From the sequence record OZ346182.1: a DNA stretch of 64,000 nt. One strand, written 5' to 3'. The notes below the pieces were generated by a model. That model searched no databases, was not told the DNA's origin, and saw nothing but the letters and a program-made list of their open reading frames with translations. This document shows positions 49,286 to 58,715 of the stretch, piece by piece (position 1 is the first letter of the stretch; the number at the start of each line of letters is the position of its first letter). Origin of the DNA: a phage. The position numbers were made by a program, and so were the translations under genes.

Positions 49286-49370
49286 GTTAAGAAGGATAGA
49301 TATTTTGTTCACATATGCTGGTGACCCAGAGGTTGGGACAACCGATGGAATTTTATAAAAATTAAAAAGC
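49286..49370. repeat. right arm of ~85 bp inverted repeat
   Basis: Reverse complement of 48126-48210 apart from one T-run length difference. Confidence 0.75.
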
Positions 49371-49398
49371 CCCCAATTAAGGAGGCTCTTAAGATATT

Positions 49399-50004
49399 TT
49401 AAATCAGACTTTCTAAAACTGTTTTTAGTGATGACTTGGTTGTCTGATAAAAATGAGTGAATCCGTTGTTGTTATCGAATATCTGCATCATAACAGCATC
49501 TCCCTTGATTGGGTACACTCGGATATCATAGTGAAACCCATTAAAGACAGCAGAACCATTACAGAATACACTAAAATCACTTGCTGAGATATACTCTTCA
49601 TGACCTGTGATTTTTATACAGACACCTTTACTCGGTCTCTTAGGGTTGATATCTTCCATAATAGACATACTCTGTCCACCAAGAGATACCATAGTGACCA
49701 CTTTACGGTTCTTCTGTCTGAAGTACATTTTAACCTTCTGCAAGGTGTCTTCATAGAACGGATAAGACTTCTCTACAAAGATTCCTTCAAGTGGCTCTTT
49801 ACCGTTTACAATACCTCTGGTATGGCGTACTGAGAAGATAAGTTGCTCTAGCAGGTCAAGGCTTTCTTCGGATAGTGCTTCCCGAATATCGCTCCAGTCA
49901 AGTACTAGGTAGTTACCTTCAACTTCTTTTAAGTTATCTTTTTCCATAGCTATCACACCATTATCGTAAAACTTGGTAGGCTGGTACTGCAAACTTGTTG
50001 CCAT
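49399..50004 (-). CDS. hypothetical protein
   Basis: 201 aa ORF. Confidence 0.4.
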   Translation of the reverse strand: MATSLQYQPTKFYDNGVIAMEKDNLKEVEGNYLVLDWSDIREALSEESLDLLEQLIFSVRHTRGIVNGKEPLEGIFVEKSYPFYEDTLQKVKMYFRQKNRKVVTMVSLGGQSMSIMEDINPKRPSKGVCIKITGHEEYISASDFSVFCNGSAVFNGFHYDIRVYPIKGDAVMMQIFDNNNGFTHFYQTTKSSLKTVLESLI

Positions 50005-50425
50005 TGTTCTTAATAAGGTCTTCTTCTGTTACTAAGAATGTAATCCCACATAAGTGCGTATAGTGGCTATCATACTCAAATATTTTAAGTAAGTATTTAC
50101 CATCATGATAAACAGATTCTACTACACCTTTTGCAACAATCTTTCCAGTCTTGAAATCTTTAAGAGGGTATGTATTACCGACTCTAGGGACTGTTTTCAT
50201 CTCAGGCTCTTTTAGCTTATCACCAGCTTCTACATCACCTAGCAAGTGAGAACTTTCAAAAGCTACATATTGCATATAAGCCTCTGAGCATTCCCAGATA
50301 AAACAATGTACAAGAGCCTTAGCAGCATGTCTTGAACAATTCAACTTATCACAAATCTCTTTGTACATTTCATCTTTAGTTGAGTTGTCAAGCATTGCTT
50401 TTTGAACGACTTCTTTAATTTTCAT
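49961..50425 (-). CDS. hypothetical protein
   Basis: 154 aa ORF. Confidence 0.4.
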   Translation of the reverse strand: MKIKEVVQKAMLDNSTKDEMYKEICDKLNCSRHAAKALVHCFIWECSEAYMQYVAFESSHLLGDVEAGDKLKEPEMKTVPRVGNTYPLKDFKTGKIVAKGVVESVYHDGKYLLKIFEYDSHYTHLCGITFLVTEEDLIKNNGNKFAVPAYQVLR

Positions 50426-50477
50426 TTCGCTACCTTCTAAGTTTCTACAAAGGGGCTATCAAGTAACCCCTAAGTTA

Positions 50478-50702
50478 TTACTCAGACTTTTCAGTCTTCT
50501 TGTCGGATTTCTTACTAGTCTTCTTCTCAGCTTTCTGTTCAGGCTCCTTCTCAGAAGTTGCCTTAATAACCATATCAAGAAGCTCTGATAAGTCACTCTT
50601 CAGCAAAGTAACAGGCTGCTCGTTGTAGAAGTTTTTGTCAAGATAAACTTTGAACTCTTCTATAGAAGGAAATCCAAAAATTGGTACAGGTGTCTTAATC
50701 AT
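50478..50702 (-). CDS. hypothetical protein with Lys-rich C-terminus
   Basis: 74 aa ORF. Confidence 0.35.
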   Translation of the reverse strand: MIKTPVPIFGFPSIEEFKVYLDKNFYNEQPVTLLKSDLSELLDMVIKATSEKEPEQKAEKKTSKKSDKKTEKSE

Positions 50703-50778
50703 TGTTTAGTCTCTCCATAGGCATCTTTTAAGATTGCCTTGTTAATCATTTCAGCGATTGCAAAACGAACACATACAG

Positions 50779-51312
50779 CTATAATTGTAGGTTGCATTCT
50801 TTACTTACCTCTTCAAGTTTAACTTCAGAGTCCTTAAGTCGTTTCTTATGAACTCTGAATCTTAGTAGTGAGATTATGATACCAGCTAAAGGAACAGCAT
50901 ACAAGTACCAAACATCATATACCTTTGCAGTAATCTGTGTAATAGTCAAGTCTTGAGCTATGTAGCTGATTGCTGATACGGCTAGTAATGTTGCTAAGAA
51001 GAAAACCAGTATCATGGCAATATTCAGACAACCTCTGGCATGGTATTCATGCTTAATGCACTTATTCTTCTCTTCAACAACACTGTTGTAGTCATTTGTA
51101 AAGTCTCTGTAGAAAGCTTTCAAGTATTCTTGAGTGTAGCCTTCAAAGCAACCTGTACCGTACCAGTAATCACCACCAAAATGTGCTATGATACCGGTAT
51201 CTCCATTTGGTTTTGTTACTCTTAGGGAGACATGATGACCAGTCTTCTGGTAATCTATTTTGTATCTTTCTTCGTAAATCATTTCCCAACCCCTCTCAAT
51301 CGTTTGTTCCAT
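50779..51312 (-). CDS. hypothetical membrane protein (two C-terminal TM segments)
   Basis: 177 aa; hydrophobic stretches near C-terminus. Confidence 0.4.
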   Translation of the reverse strand: MEQTIERGWEMIYEERYKIDYQKTGHHVSLRVTKPNGDTGIIAHFGGDYWYGTGCFEGYTQEYLKAFYRDFTNDYNSVVEEKNKCIKHEYHARGCLNIAMILVFFLATLLAVSAISYIAQDLTITQITAKVYDVWYLYAVPLAGIIISLLRFRVHKKRLKDSEVKLEEVSKECNLQL

Positions 51313-51497
51313 TCAAGGTCAACAAATCTTTGCAGAACTTTCCCTCTAGGTGTTACGCCTTTTAAATCTGCATCATAGCAATGGTAAAAATCGCCTTCAG
51401 CGTACTTACCATAGCATTTTCTGATATTCTGGCTTCTGCGATACTGTTCTAACAGGGAAAGTTTGTAGTAATCTTCAACTGTAGTTAACTTTTTCAT
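51279..51497 (-). CDS. hypothetical protein
   Basis: 72 aa ORF. Confidence 0.3.
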   Translation of the reverse strand: MKKLTTVEDYYKLSLLEQYRRSQNIRKCYGKYAEGDFYHCYDADLKGVTPRGKVLQRFVDLEWNKRLRGVGK

Positions 51498-51580
51498 TCT
51501 TTTACCATGTCTCTTCTCTAGAAACTAAAAAGGGAACTACCTCTCGATAGCTCCCATCATAATCAGTTTTGTATACTCGG

Positions 51581-52162
51581 TCAAGAGTATTTTTTAGGCA
51601 GTAATGCACTGCGCTTGTTACTCTCTTCACTCAATAGTGCAATGAAATCATCACTTTTACCTTTCCACGGGCTGAATGAAGGGATGTGTTCACGGATAGC
51701 ATCAATCACTGTTTTAAGTGCTGTGTTCTTCATCCACCAATCAGAATCTGCTGATGCTACCACGTAGTATCCACCATCATCAGTTAAAATTGGCTCTGAA
51801 ATACATGGTGAAATCAAAGTGGTGATGATTGAACCATTGTTCATGTAATATGTGCGCTTAATAACCTTTTCAAGAAGCTTGTGAAGGTCACCAAACAGTG
51901 TTACAAGTTCTTTGTGGTCGATGTCTTTTTCTAGGCTTGCTCGGTACTTCAATAGTGCAGCATCAACCTCTCTGTCATTAAACTTGAAGTACTGGACTTC
52001 ATCAACAAGGCAGACACTAATGTTATTAACATTCATAGTCAACTTGCAAACTTTTGCAGGGGAATTGATACTCGGTTGAAAAAGTGCAACACACCCTTCA
52101 ATGTTTCCAAAATGTTGGACTAATGTTACTTGTGGAATGATATCCTGTTGCTCTTCGGACAT
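51581..52162 (-). CDS. hypothetical protein
   Basis: 193 aa ORF. Confidence 0.4.
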   Translation of the reverse strand: MSEEQQDIIPQVTLVQHFGNIEGCVALFQPSINSPAKVCKLTMNVNNISVCLVDEVQYFKFNDREVDAALLKYRASLEKDIDHKELVTLFGDLHKLLEKVIKRTYYMNNGSIITTLISPCISEPILTDDGGYYVVASADSDWWMKNTALKTVIDAIREHIPSFSPWKGKSDDFIALLSEESNKRSALLPKKYS

Positions 52163-52506
52163 TACAGTTTCCTCATTAAATACTTTTTAAGTTGTGTGTT
52201 AGGTTTCTCAAAAACTTCTATAGAAGATATCTTGACAGCTTCACCACGCATACCTGTATGTTTGAATATGTAATACTCTAACATCCCTATGTACTTTGCT
52301 GGTAAGTCATATTTGACATACACCGTCACAGAATCTTCAAACTCAACAACCTTTGTACCATCTTTGTAGTTGAACTCTTTAGGATGGTTGTAGTTGTCTA
52401 TATCGTACATTAAAAAGAGTCTTTTACGTTGTAAGTCAAGCTTATTTGTTAAAGACTCTTTGATATCTGAGAAGTTTTTGTACACTGTGACATGGAGCTT
52501 ACTCAT
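52162..52506 (-). CDS. hypothetical protein
   Basis: 114 aa ORF. Confidence 0.4.
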   Translation of the reverse strand: MSKLHVTVYKNFSDIKESLTNKLDLQRKRLFLMYDIDNYNHPKEFNYKDGTKVVEFEDSVTVYVKYDLPAKYIGMLEYYIFKHTGMRGEAVKISSIEVFEKPNTQLKKYLMRKL

Positions 52507-52792
52507 CGTTAAACTCTCTGACGAAGAAATAGTTGACTTTATTATTACCTACCATAAGGTCAAAGCAGGTATTTTCAAAAGGCTTGTTGTAGGCATCGTA
52601 TGCAGTGTACGTATCAGCTACTTGTTTAGTGTTGAGCTTTTTACTTGATGGGTTTAAGAGGCCACCATACAGCTTCTTGATAGCCTCTTCTACAACAGAC
52701 CAGATGATTTCGTCAGTAATTTCTTCGTACAGGTCAAGTTCACGCTCTAGTGAGAAGTCACAAATAGGGAAAACAACCTGTACTTTACTCAT
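52499..52792 (-). CDS. hypothetical protein
   Basis: 97 aa ORF. Confidence 0.4.
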   Translation of the reverse strand: MSKVQVVFPICDFSLERELDLYEEITDEIIWSVVEEAIKKLYGGLLNPSSKKLNTKQVADTYTAYDAYNKPFENTCFDLMVGNNKVNYFFVREFNDE

Positions 52793-53181
52793 TAACGAAT
52801 AACCTGTGAGACTTGAATTGCTTCAGTTACAGACAAATCACCAACTTTCTCTTCTTTGATAAAAGTGAAGGTGAGTTCAACAGGCTCTTGCTCTTCTTGC
52901 TCAACTGGAATACCGTTAAGCTCATCACGGATTGATTGAGTTGTCCAATCTTCCCCACCATCTGGATAATGGATTGCATAAAGTGGGAACTCCATGTCAT
53001 ACCAACCAAATACAGGGCAGCCATCTGCATCATCTCGCATCCTACGTAGTGTGCTACCTGAGCCTGTAAAACGAAGGCTGATATTACCATTACACTCAAA
53101 AATTACTGCATCAGCAAGACCAGCGTCTTCACGGCCATCATGGCCAAAAGTGTCAACTTTTACTTGAATCTCTTTATTCAT
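52792..53181 (-). CDS. hypothetical protein
   Basis: 129 aa ORF. Confidence 0.4.
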   Translation of the reverse strand: MNKEIQVKVDTFGHDGREDAGLADAVIFECNGNISLRFTGSGSTLRRMRDDADGCPVFGWYDMEFPLYAIHYPDGGEDWTTQSIRDELNGIPVEQEEQEPVELTFTFIKEEKVGDLSVTEAIQVSQVIR

Positions 53182-53572
53182 AGAAACCTCTCTCTGCTTG
53201 TTCGATTTTTGCTCTTAAAGCTTCGCAATGTTGTAAATGATAGTTAGCTTCTTGTTCATGTGTTGCTAACTGCCTTTCCAGAACAGTTTTATAATAACTT
53301 GCAAGTTGCTCTTTTGTCAATGGGTGCTCTGAAATAATATCAAGTCCACTTTCACCGAGAGGGTTGAATTGTCCATGTTCGTTGACATTGTAAGTCTCAA
53401 ACTTGAACAGGCCATTGTTCACAGACTCAATAGGTGACAGTTCAACAAGCTCTACAGTAAACCGTGTATATACCTTGTCACCTCTTGAAACCACATTGTT
53501 CCCGACAATGCGTACAAGCGAGCCATTACGAGTGTACTTAAAAGTCCCAAAGTCACTAGCCCAAAGTTTCAT
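53174..53572 (-). CDS. hypothetical protein
   Basis: 132 aa ORF. Confidence 0.4.
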   Translation of the reverse strand: MKLWASDFGTFKYTRNGSLVRIVGNNVVSRGDKVYTRFTVELVELSPIESVNNGLFKFETYNVNEHGQFNPLGESGLDIISEHPLTKEQLASYYKTVLERQLATHEQEANYHLQHCEALRAKIEQAERGFYE

Positions 53573-53589
53573 AGTTTTCTCCTTAGAAA

Positions 53590-53615
53590 ATAAAAAAGGC
53601 TCCCGAAGGAGCCTA
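53590..53615 (-). terminator. rho-independent terminator (minus strand)
   Basis: Minus strand reads GGCTCC-TTCG-GGAGCC-TTTTTTATTTTC. Confidence 0.6.
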
Positions 53616-53623
53616 TGAAGATA

Positions 53624-54088
53624 TTACTTTGGGTATACACTGTCAAGATAAATGTCAGCTTCCATTCTACGTCTGTTTTTCAGTCCGTTTGAAGTGACCT
53701 TCTTACCTTTGACTGTAACCTTGTTCCACCACTGCATAGCTTCTGCACAACCCACCTTATTACCAGCATTGTGGCGCTTGATAAATGTGGAATCCTGCAT
53801 AGCTGTGATACCAATGTTGTATGTTTCACTTACAAGTGCGTCAAACTCATTCTGAGAAGTTGGAACATTGACGGCTTTGTTCACTGCTGCAACAAACTTT
53901 TCAACATCTGCGAGAAGATACTGTTCAGCTTGTTCAGCGGTAATCTTCATACCCATCTTAACAGGTTTTCCGTCAATACGGATTGTCCCATACCCGATTG
54001 TTGGGATTCCGGCAGAATCTTCGTAAGCCTCTAACTTCAGACCTTCAAAGAACTTAATAGCTTCTAAACCTTTTCTTGAGAGTTGCAT
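53624..54088 (-). CDS. lysozyme (GH24, T4-lysozyme-like)
   Basis: 154 aa; EGLKLEAYEDSAGIPTIGYG catalytic-region motif. Confidence 0.85.
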   Translation of the reverse strand: MQLSRKGLEAIKFFEGLKLEAYEDSAGIPTIGYGTIRIDGKPVKMGMKITAEQAEQYLLADVEKFVAAVNKAVNVPTSQNEFDALVSETYNIGITAMQDSTFIKRHNAGNKVGCAEAMQWWNKVTVKGKKVTSNGLKNRRRMEADIYLDSVYPK

Positions 54089-54972
54089 TATGCCTCCCCT
54101 GCTGGATTAACTGTAACTGTTGCTGCATTAGATGTTACAGAGCCACCTGCGCCAGTAACTACACAGGTGTAGCTTCCTGAATCAGCAGCGGTTGCTCCTT
54201 CTTTGGTGTAGGTTGCAGTAGTTGCATCGAGGATGTCTTCCTCATCTTTCTTCCACTGATAACCTGTTGCACCTGTTGCCACAACATTCAACGTTAAGGT
54301 CTCACCTTCATTGATTTCTTGATTGGTTGGCTGTTGAGTGATGACAGGAAGTGCATTCACAGTCACTGTTGCTGCATCTGAGGTAACACTTGTTCCACCC
54401 TCTCCAGATACAACACAAGTGTATGAACCAGCATCAGAAGGTGCTACTGACTGTTTTGTGTAAGTTGCAGAATTGGCACTAGGGATGTCCTCACCATCCT
54501 TCTTCCACTGATATCCAGTGGCGTTAGTTGCTAGAATGCTTAGAGTAAGTGTGCCACCCTCATTGACTGTTTGACCTGTCGGTTGCTGAGTAATTGCTGG
54601 TGGCTTAATAGCATCCTTCAACTTAGCATTCAACATTGAGAACGGCTTAACTCTTGCCAACCATTCACAGTAAATTGTGTCAACATCTTTACCATTGATG
54701 ATTGCATACTGCAAATCCATGAAGAAATCAGCAGTTCTCATCTGTGCACCAACACTGTAAAGCAATTCATCACTAAATGGAACTTTGTAGTCTGGTTTGT
54801 AGTCAAACTTCTCAACTTCTGCAATATCAGCTTCAGGCCAATATGAACTATAGGTAAGTGGTAAAATAGCCTCTTGATATGTTCTAAAATCATACCTCTT
54901 ACCAGCCTTTACATTTGCAATGAAACCCTTCACAAACTCTTTGAAGTCTGGGTAAGTCTTTGCTTTAATCAT
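54088..54972 (-). CDS. protein with two C-terminal Ig-like domains
   Basis: Two repeats with YQWKKDGEDI...SGSYTCVV pattern; N-terminal 130 aa paralogous to next gene. Confidence 0.55.
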   Translation of the reverse strand: MIKAKTYPDFKEFVKGFIANVKAGKRYDFRTYQEAILPLTYSSYWPEADIAEVEKFDYKPDYKVPFSDELLYSVGAQMRTADFFMDLQYAIINGKDVDTIYCEWLARVKPFSMLNAKLKDAIKPPAITQQPTGQTVNEGGTLTLSILATNATGYQWKKDGEDIPSANSATYTKQSVAPSDAGSYTCVVSGEGGTSVTSDAATVTVNALPVITQQPTNQEINEGETLTLNVVATGATGYQWKKDEEDILDATTATYTKEGATAADSGSYTCVVTGAGGSVTSNAATVTVNPAGEA

Positions 54973-55340
54973 TTCTTTTTAGCCTCTAAATGTGCGTTTA
55001 GTCTAAAATAACCTTTGTGATGCGGAGATACATCACCAACAACAATACCTTTAACCTTATAGCCTTTACCAATTACATACTGGATATCCATAAGGAATCT
55101 TCCAAGTCCAACAATATGGAACATTGGATATAATAGGTTCTCAGAATCTGGAATATTGATTTCAGGTTTGTAGGTGCATTGTTCGATTGTTGGTGTAATA
55201 TCTTCTTCAGGCCATTTGCTGAGTCTCCATGTCAAAGGTGTTGGGATAACATCATTAAGGTTGTACCTTTCACCATTTTGCACGGAATTGATATAGGATT
55301 GTAGGAAGCAATAAAAGTCTTTTGCACTCTTAGCTTTCAT
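54969..55340 (-). CDS. hypothetical protein, paralog of the N-terminal domain of the Ig-like protein
   Basis: MKAKSAKDFY...RFLMDIQYVIGKG vs MIKAKTYPDF...DFFMDLQYAIINGKD. Confidence 0.45.
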   Translation of the reverse strand: MKAKSAKDFYCFLQSYINSVQNGERYNLNDVIPTPLTWRLSKWPEEDITPTIEQCTYKPEINIPDSENLLYPMFHIVGLGRFLMDIQYVIGKGYKVKGIVVGDVSPHHKGYFRLNAHLEAKKK

Positions 55341-55387
55341 TAAATATCCTTATAAATAGTTAAAGGGGCATCAGCCCCTATTCACAC

Positions 55388-55978
55388 TTAAGCTTTGGTC
55401 TTAAGTAGGTTCTTAAGTTTTTTAAGATTCATACTCTCATCAAACTTAAAACCAAATCCATTGACATAATCAATGAACTCGGATTTCTTACTAAGTGACA
55501 ATGCGTAACTCATATCAAAGTTCTTACTTGTTTCTGCGTCTGGACTAGAGTTCACATCAAATGAAATTTCTGTAGGCTCTTGCTTACTTTTTCTCATATT
55601 ATCAACCAACAAACATGTATAGTTTGCTGGATAGAAGTTTACACTACCATCAACGTAGCTGTACTTATTATTATGGATAAGGTTGGAAAATACCTTAAGG
55701 AATGTTTCTGAGTCGTGGCAAACAAGTTTGAATTGGCTGCTCTCTCCAAGCGCAACTAATGAGTACGGACTTTCACTATCAAAGTCATAATTTAGATTCG
55801 ATGCCGTCACTGTTACACGCATCAAGTTATTAGCAATAGTCTTCTGTTTAAAAGAATTTTGAACATAGTGAAGACCTCTATCACACTGATTGACTAGCTC
55901 TTTAAGCAGGTCATTTGCATATGGTGAATTAATTGATACAGAGCCATCACTATTGTAATTAAAACTTACTGTTAACAT
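55388..55978 (-). CDS. hypothetical protein
   Basis: 196 aa ORF. Confidence 0.4.
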   Translation of the reverse strand: MLTVSFNYNSDGSVSINSPYANDLLKELVNQCDRGLHYVQNSFKQKTIANNLMRVTVTASNLNYDFDSESPYSLVALGESSQFKLVCHDSETFLKVFSNLIHNNKYSYVDGSVNFYPANYTCLLVDNMRKSKQEPTEISFDVNSSPDAETSKNFDMSYALSLSKKSEFIDYVNGFGFKFDESMNLKKLKNLLKTKA

Positions 55979-56205
55979 TTTTCAGTTCTCCTGCGATTTA
56001 TAATTTTGCTGCAATAGAGAAACGAAGTAAACTCACTGGAAGAAACTACTAAGTGTTGTTCACTAGATTGAGCCATTGCCCTGAAATACATTCCAGTCAA
56101 AGCATCATAGTGACTATTCTTTCCAATTGAGGTTATATAGCCATGACTCTTTGCAGTTTGATATAAATCTATAATATCTGCGATTTCTAATTGGGAACTA
56201 CACAT
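55972..56205 (-). CDS. hypothetical protein
   Basis: 77 aa ORF. Confidence 0.3.
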   Translation of the reverse strand: MCSSQLEIADIIDLYQTAKSHGYITSIGKNSHYDALTGMYFRAMAQSSEQHLVVSSSEFTSFLYCSKIINRRRTEKC

Positions 56206-56369
56206 AGATAATCCTCTTGTCTTCTGTAATTTTGAAAGAACAGGTACAGACCAATTTCAGAGGATGAATAGTAGAGTAACTCTACCCTTTTTGATTCCTT
56301 ACAGTGATTGGTATTTTTACCTTTCTTCGGGTTGTTTGATTTTCTCATTAAGTCTCCTTTGTAGAACAA
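56187..56369 (-). CDS. hypothetical small basic protein
   Basis: 60 aa ORF. Confidence 0.3.
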   Translation of the reverse strand: MFYKGDLMRKSNNPKKGKNTNHCKESKRVELLYYSSSEIGLYLFFQNYRRQEDYLCVVPN

Positions 56370-56447
56370 GGCAGACCTACAGCTTTAAGTAAGATGGTAC
56401 AGTAATCCATACAACAAGTCAAGAACTATTGCAAGTTAAAAAAGTTG

Positions 56448-56488
56448 TTGACAAAGTACTTGACAAGGTGTAGGCTTATAAATACTTA
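56448..56488 (+). promoter_or_regulatory. promoter-like element with tandem TTGACA (GTTGACAAAGTACTTGACAAGGTG)
   Basis: Near-identical to element at 10975; divergent intergenic region. Confidence 0.3.
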
Positions 56489-56597
56489 GAAGATAACTTA
56501 AAAGGTTCCTCTAAAAAGGCTATTTAAACAGATATCTTTCTGGATATCTATCTTTTATCTTAAAAGCCTTTTAAGAGGTCTTATAAGAGGCATACCA

Positions 56598-56969
56598 ATG
56601 AAAAACAGAACAAACAAAGGCCAGTTTAAAAAAGGCCAGTCTGGAAACCCATCTGGAAGACCAAAAGGCTCTCGTAACAAAAGTTCACTCGTAAAAGCTC
56701 AACTGACCATTGATAATTCTGCTGAGTTCGCTGCAAAGCTGTTTGAGGCGATTGTTACAAGGGACGCGGCTAAGCTTGCAGAGTTCGGGTTAAACACAGA
56801 TGACGTAACCATCAAGAGTATGATTGAGGTCGGTAAAACTATCTTTACTCACTCAGCAGGTGAGATGAAAGCACTTGCAGCAGACACTAAGAAGACTCCT
56901 GATAATGGTGGTCAACAACAGACAGATAACAAACCAACGTTCTCTGCTGTAGCGACTCTCAAAAAATAA
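56598..56969 (+). CDS. hypothetical protein with N-terminal GQSGNPSGRPKGSRNK motif
   Basis: 123 aa; basic Gly/Pro-rich N-terminus. Confidence 0.4.
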   Translation: MKNRTNKGQFKKGQSGNPSGRPKGSRNKSSLVKAQLTIDNSAEFAAKLFEAIVTRDAAKLAEFGLNTDDVTIKSMIEVGKTIFTHSAGEMKALAADTKKTPDNGGQQQTDNKPTFSAVATLKK

Positions 56970-57050
56970 TCTTAAAAGATGTTGACAGACTCTACAAAGT
57001 TGCTCTAAAGTCTGTCACATCAAACAACAAATGAGAGAAGAGAGTAAAAT

Positions 57051-58466
57051 ATGAGCGAGTTATTTAAACATGCGCACCTTCATGCAGGTCGAACTGAAAA
57101 TGGTGCTGTAAACCATACTTCATCAATGTCTGCTCTGGTAGACTTCTACAAAGCCGCTGGCTCAAGCCGTAGCAATGTAGAAGTCTTACCAGACCTGTTC
57201 TACAAAGCTTTGCGTGAGGATGTTGATGTTGCAGTTCGTATTTTACTGCATATGCGAGATGTACGAGAGGGTATGGGTGAGCGTAAAGCCTTCCGAACTG
57301 TTTTACTTCAAGCAATTGAAGATAAGGTTTTAGAACCTACACAGGTTCTTCGCATTATGGATAAGATTGCAGAACTTGGTCGTTTTGATGACTTCAAAAT
57401 CTTCGTAGGTACTCGTTTTGAGACAGATGCCTTCAAACATTTAGAAGCAGCATTACTAGACCCTGCAACAGCAGGTTTGGCAGCTAAGTGGTTACCACGA
57501 GTCAAACCACGTCATAAGCAGTTTGTAAAACGTTTCTGCAAGTTTGCCAACTTGAGTGAGAAAGAGTACCGCACACTGTTGTCTGCACTATCTGATACAG
57601 TTGAGCAAAAAATCTCTGCTAATGAGTTTGGTAAGATTGACTACAGTAAGATTCCTTCACTTGCTGCTGCACGTTACCAAAAACTGTTTAACCGTAAAGA
57701 TGGAGAGCGTTACAAAGCTTACATCGAGTCCTTATCAAAAGGTGAGACTAAGATTAACGCTGGTGCTGTTTACCCATACGATGTGATTAAATCTGTCAAG
57801 TATGGTAATGCAGATGTTGCTAATGAGCAGTGGAAAGCACTACCAAACTGGATGGCAGAAGGTGAAAACATCTTGTGTATGTCTGATGTATCAAGTTCAA
57901 TGTCTTGGGTGAATTTTGGCTCCATTACTGCTCTGGATATTGGTGTATCACTTGCCTTGTATGTAGCAGAACGCAATACAGGTTGCTTTAAGAATGAGTT
58001 AATGGTTTATTCAACAAACCCTCACTTCATCGAACTGAGTGGTGATTTACGAAACCGTCATCGTCAGGTGATGCGACACGTTGAATATGGCTCAACTAAC
58101 TTACAAGCAGCTTTTGACCGCATTCTTGAAACAGGTAAAAGAAACAACTTGACTCAGAAAGATATGCCAAGTAAGCTTATCATCTTCTCCGATATGGAGT
58201 TCAATCAGGTTGATGGAGCTAACGGTCGTACAAACTTTGAAGCAATTCAGAGTAAGTACAAAAAAGCTGGATATGAGATGCCACAACTGGTATTCTGGTA
58301 CTTAGCAAACCGTAATGGTACTTGCGAAGTATCTGTTAAGGATAACGGTGTAGCAATGTTATCAGGGTTCTCTCCAGCCACTTTAAAAGCTCTGCTTGGT
58401 GGTGAGAAGTTTGACCCAATCAGTGTAATGCTCAAAGCAGTAATGATTGACCGTTATATCTGGTAA
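57051..58466 (+). CDS. von Willebrand factor A (vWA) domain protein with long helical N-terminal region (TROVE/Ro60-like architecture suspected)
   Basis: 471 aa; C-terminal MIDAS-like ILCMSDVSSSMS (DxSxS) and LIIFSDMEF; about 270 aa N-terminal region without recognised motif. Confidence 0.5.
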   Translation: MSELFKHAHLHAGRTENGAVNHTSSMSALVDFYKAAGSSRSNVEVLPDLFYKALREDVDVAVRILLHMRDVREGMGERKAFRTVLLQAIEDKVLEPTQVLRIMDKIAELGRFDDFKIFVGTRFETDAFKHLEAALLDPATAGLAAKWLPRVKPRHKQFVKRFCKFANLSEKEYRTLLSALSDTVEQKISANEFGKIDYSKIPSLAAARYQKLFNRKDGERYKAYIESLSKGETKINAGAVYPYDVIKSVKYGNADVANEQWKALPNWMAEGENILCMSDVSSSMSWVNFGSITALDIGVSLALYVAERNTGCFKNELMVYSTNPHFIELSGDLRNRHRQVMRHVEYGSTNLQAAFDRILETGKRNNLTQKDMPSKLIIFSDMEFNQVDGANGRTNFEAIQSKYKKAGYEMPQLVFWYLANRNGTCEVSVKDNGVAMLSGFSPATLKALLGGEKFDPISVMLKAVMIDRYIW

Positions 58467-58484
58467 AAAGTTTTAAAAAGGGTA

Positions 58485-58513
58485 TTGACAATGTGTTTAA
58501 TACCCTTTAATAT
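58485..58513 (+). promoter_or_regulatory. sigma70-like promoter TTGACA-17-TAATAT embedded in inverted repeat AAGGGTATT/AATACCCTT
   Basis: Read directly; upstream of tRNA array. Confidence 0.5.
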
Positions 58514-58631
58514 GTTCTACATAGTAGCGAAATGAGAGCTTTTCTAAGATACTGAAAAATATTTTAAAAAAGTTCTTGACAATCACTAAAAAATAATGTT
58601 AAAGTGGTTACATAGAGTTTGAAAAGTTTAT

Positions 58632-58708
58632 CTCTGTTTAGCTCAGCTTGGTAGAGCGTTCCGTTTGGGGCGGTAAGGCCGGAGGTTCAAGTCCTCCAAC
58701 AGAGACCA
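58632..58708 (+). tRNA. tRNA-Pro (anticodon UGG)
   Basis: Cloverleaf with GGTTCAAGTCC T-arm, anticodon loop TTTGGGG, CCA encoded. Confidence 0.7.
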
Positions 58709-58715
58709 AATTAAT

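Larger units (their letters stand above)
47831..49398. repeat. ORF-free repeat-dense region (about 1.5 kb) with many degenerate 8-9 nt direct repeats (CTTGTTAAG, CTGTTAAGA, CTTAAAAG, CTATAAAG families)
   Basis: No ORF of 60 aa or more on either strand; over 30 TGTTA(A/G)-core copies counted by eye. Confidence 0.7.

Noticed and set aside
47831-49398. Possible CRISPR array, because of the many short repeats
   Set aside because: Repeats are only 8-9 nt, degenerate and irregularly spaced with no uniform spacers, and no cas genes are nearby; not CRISPR-like.
57064-58435. Minus-strand ORFs antisense to the vWA protein gene (57064-57315, 57308-57505, 57770-57976, 58101-58286, 58247-58435)
   Set aside because: Overlap a long motif-bearing plus-strand gene; no RBS or motif support.
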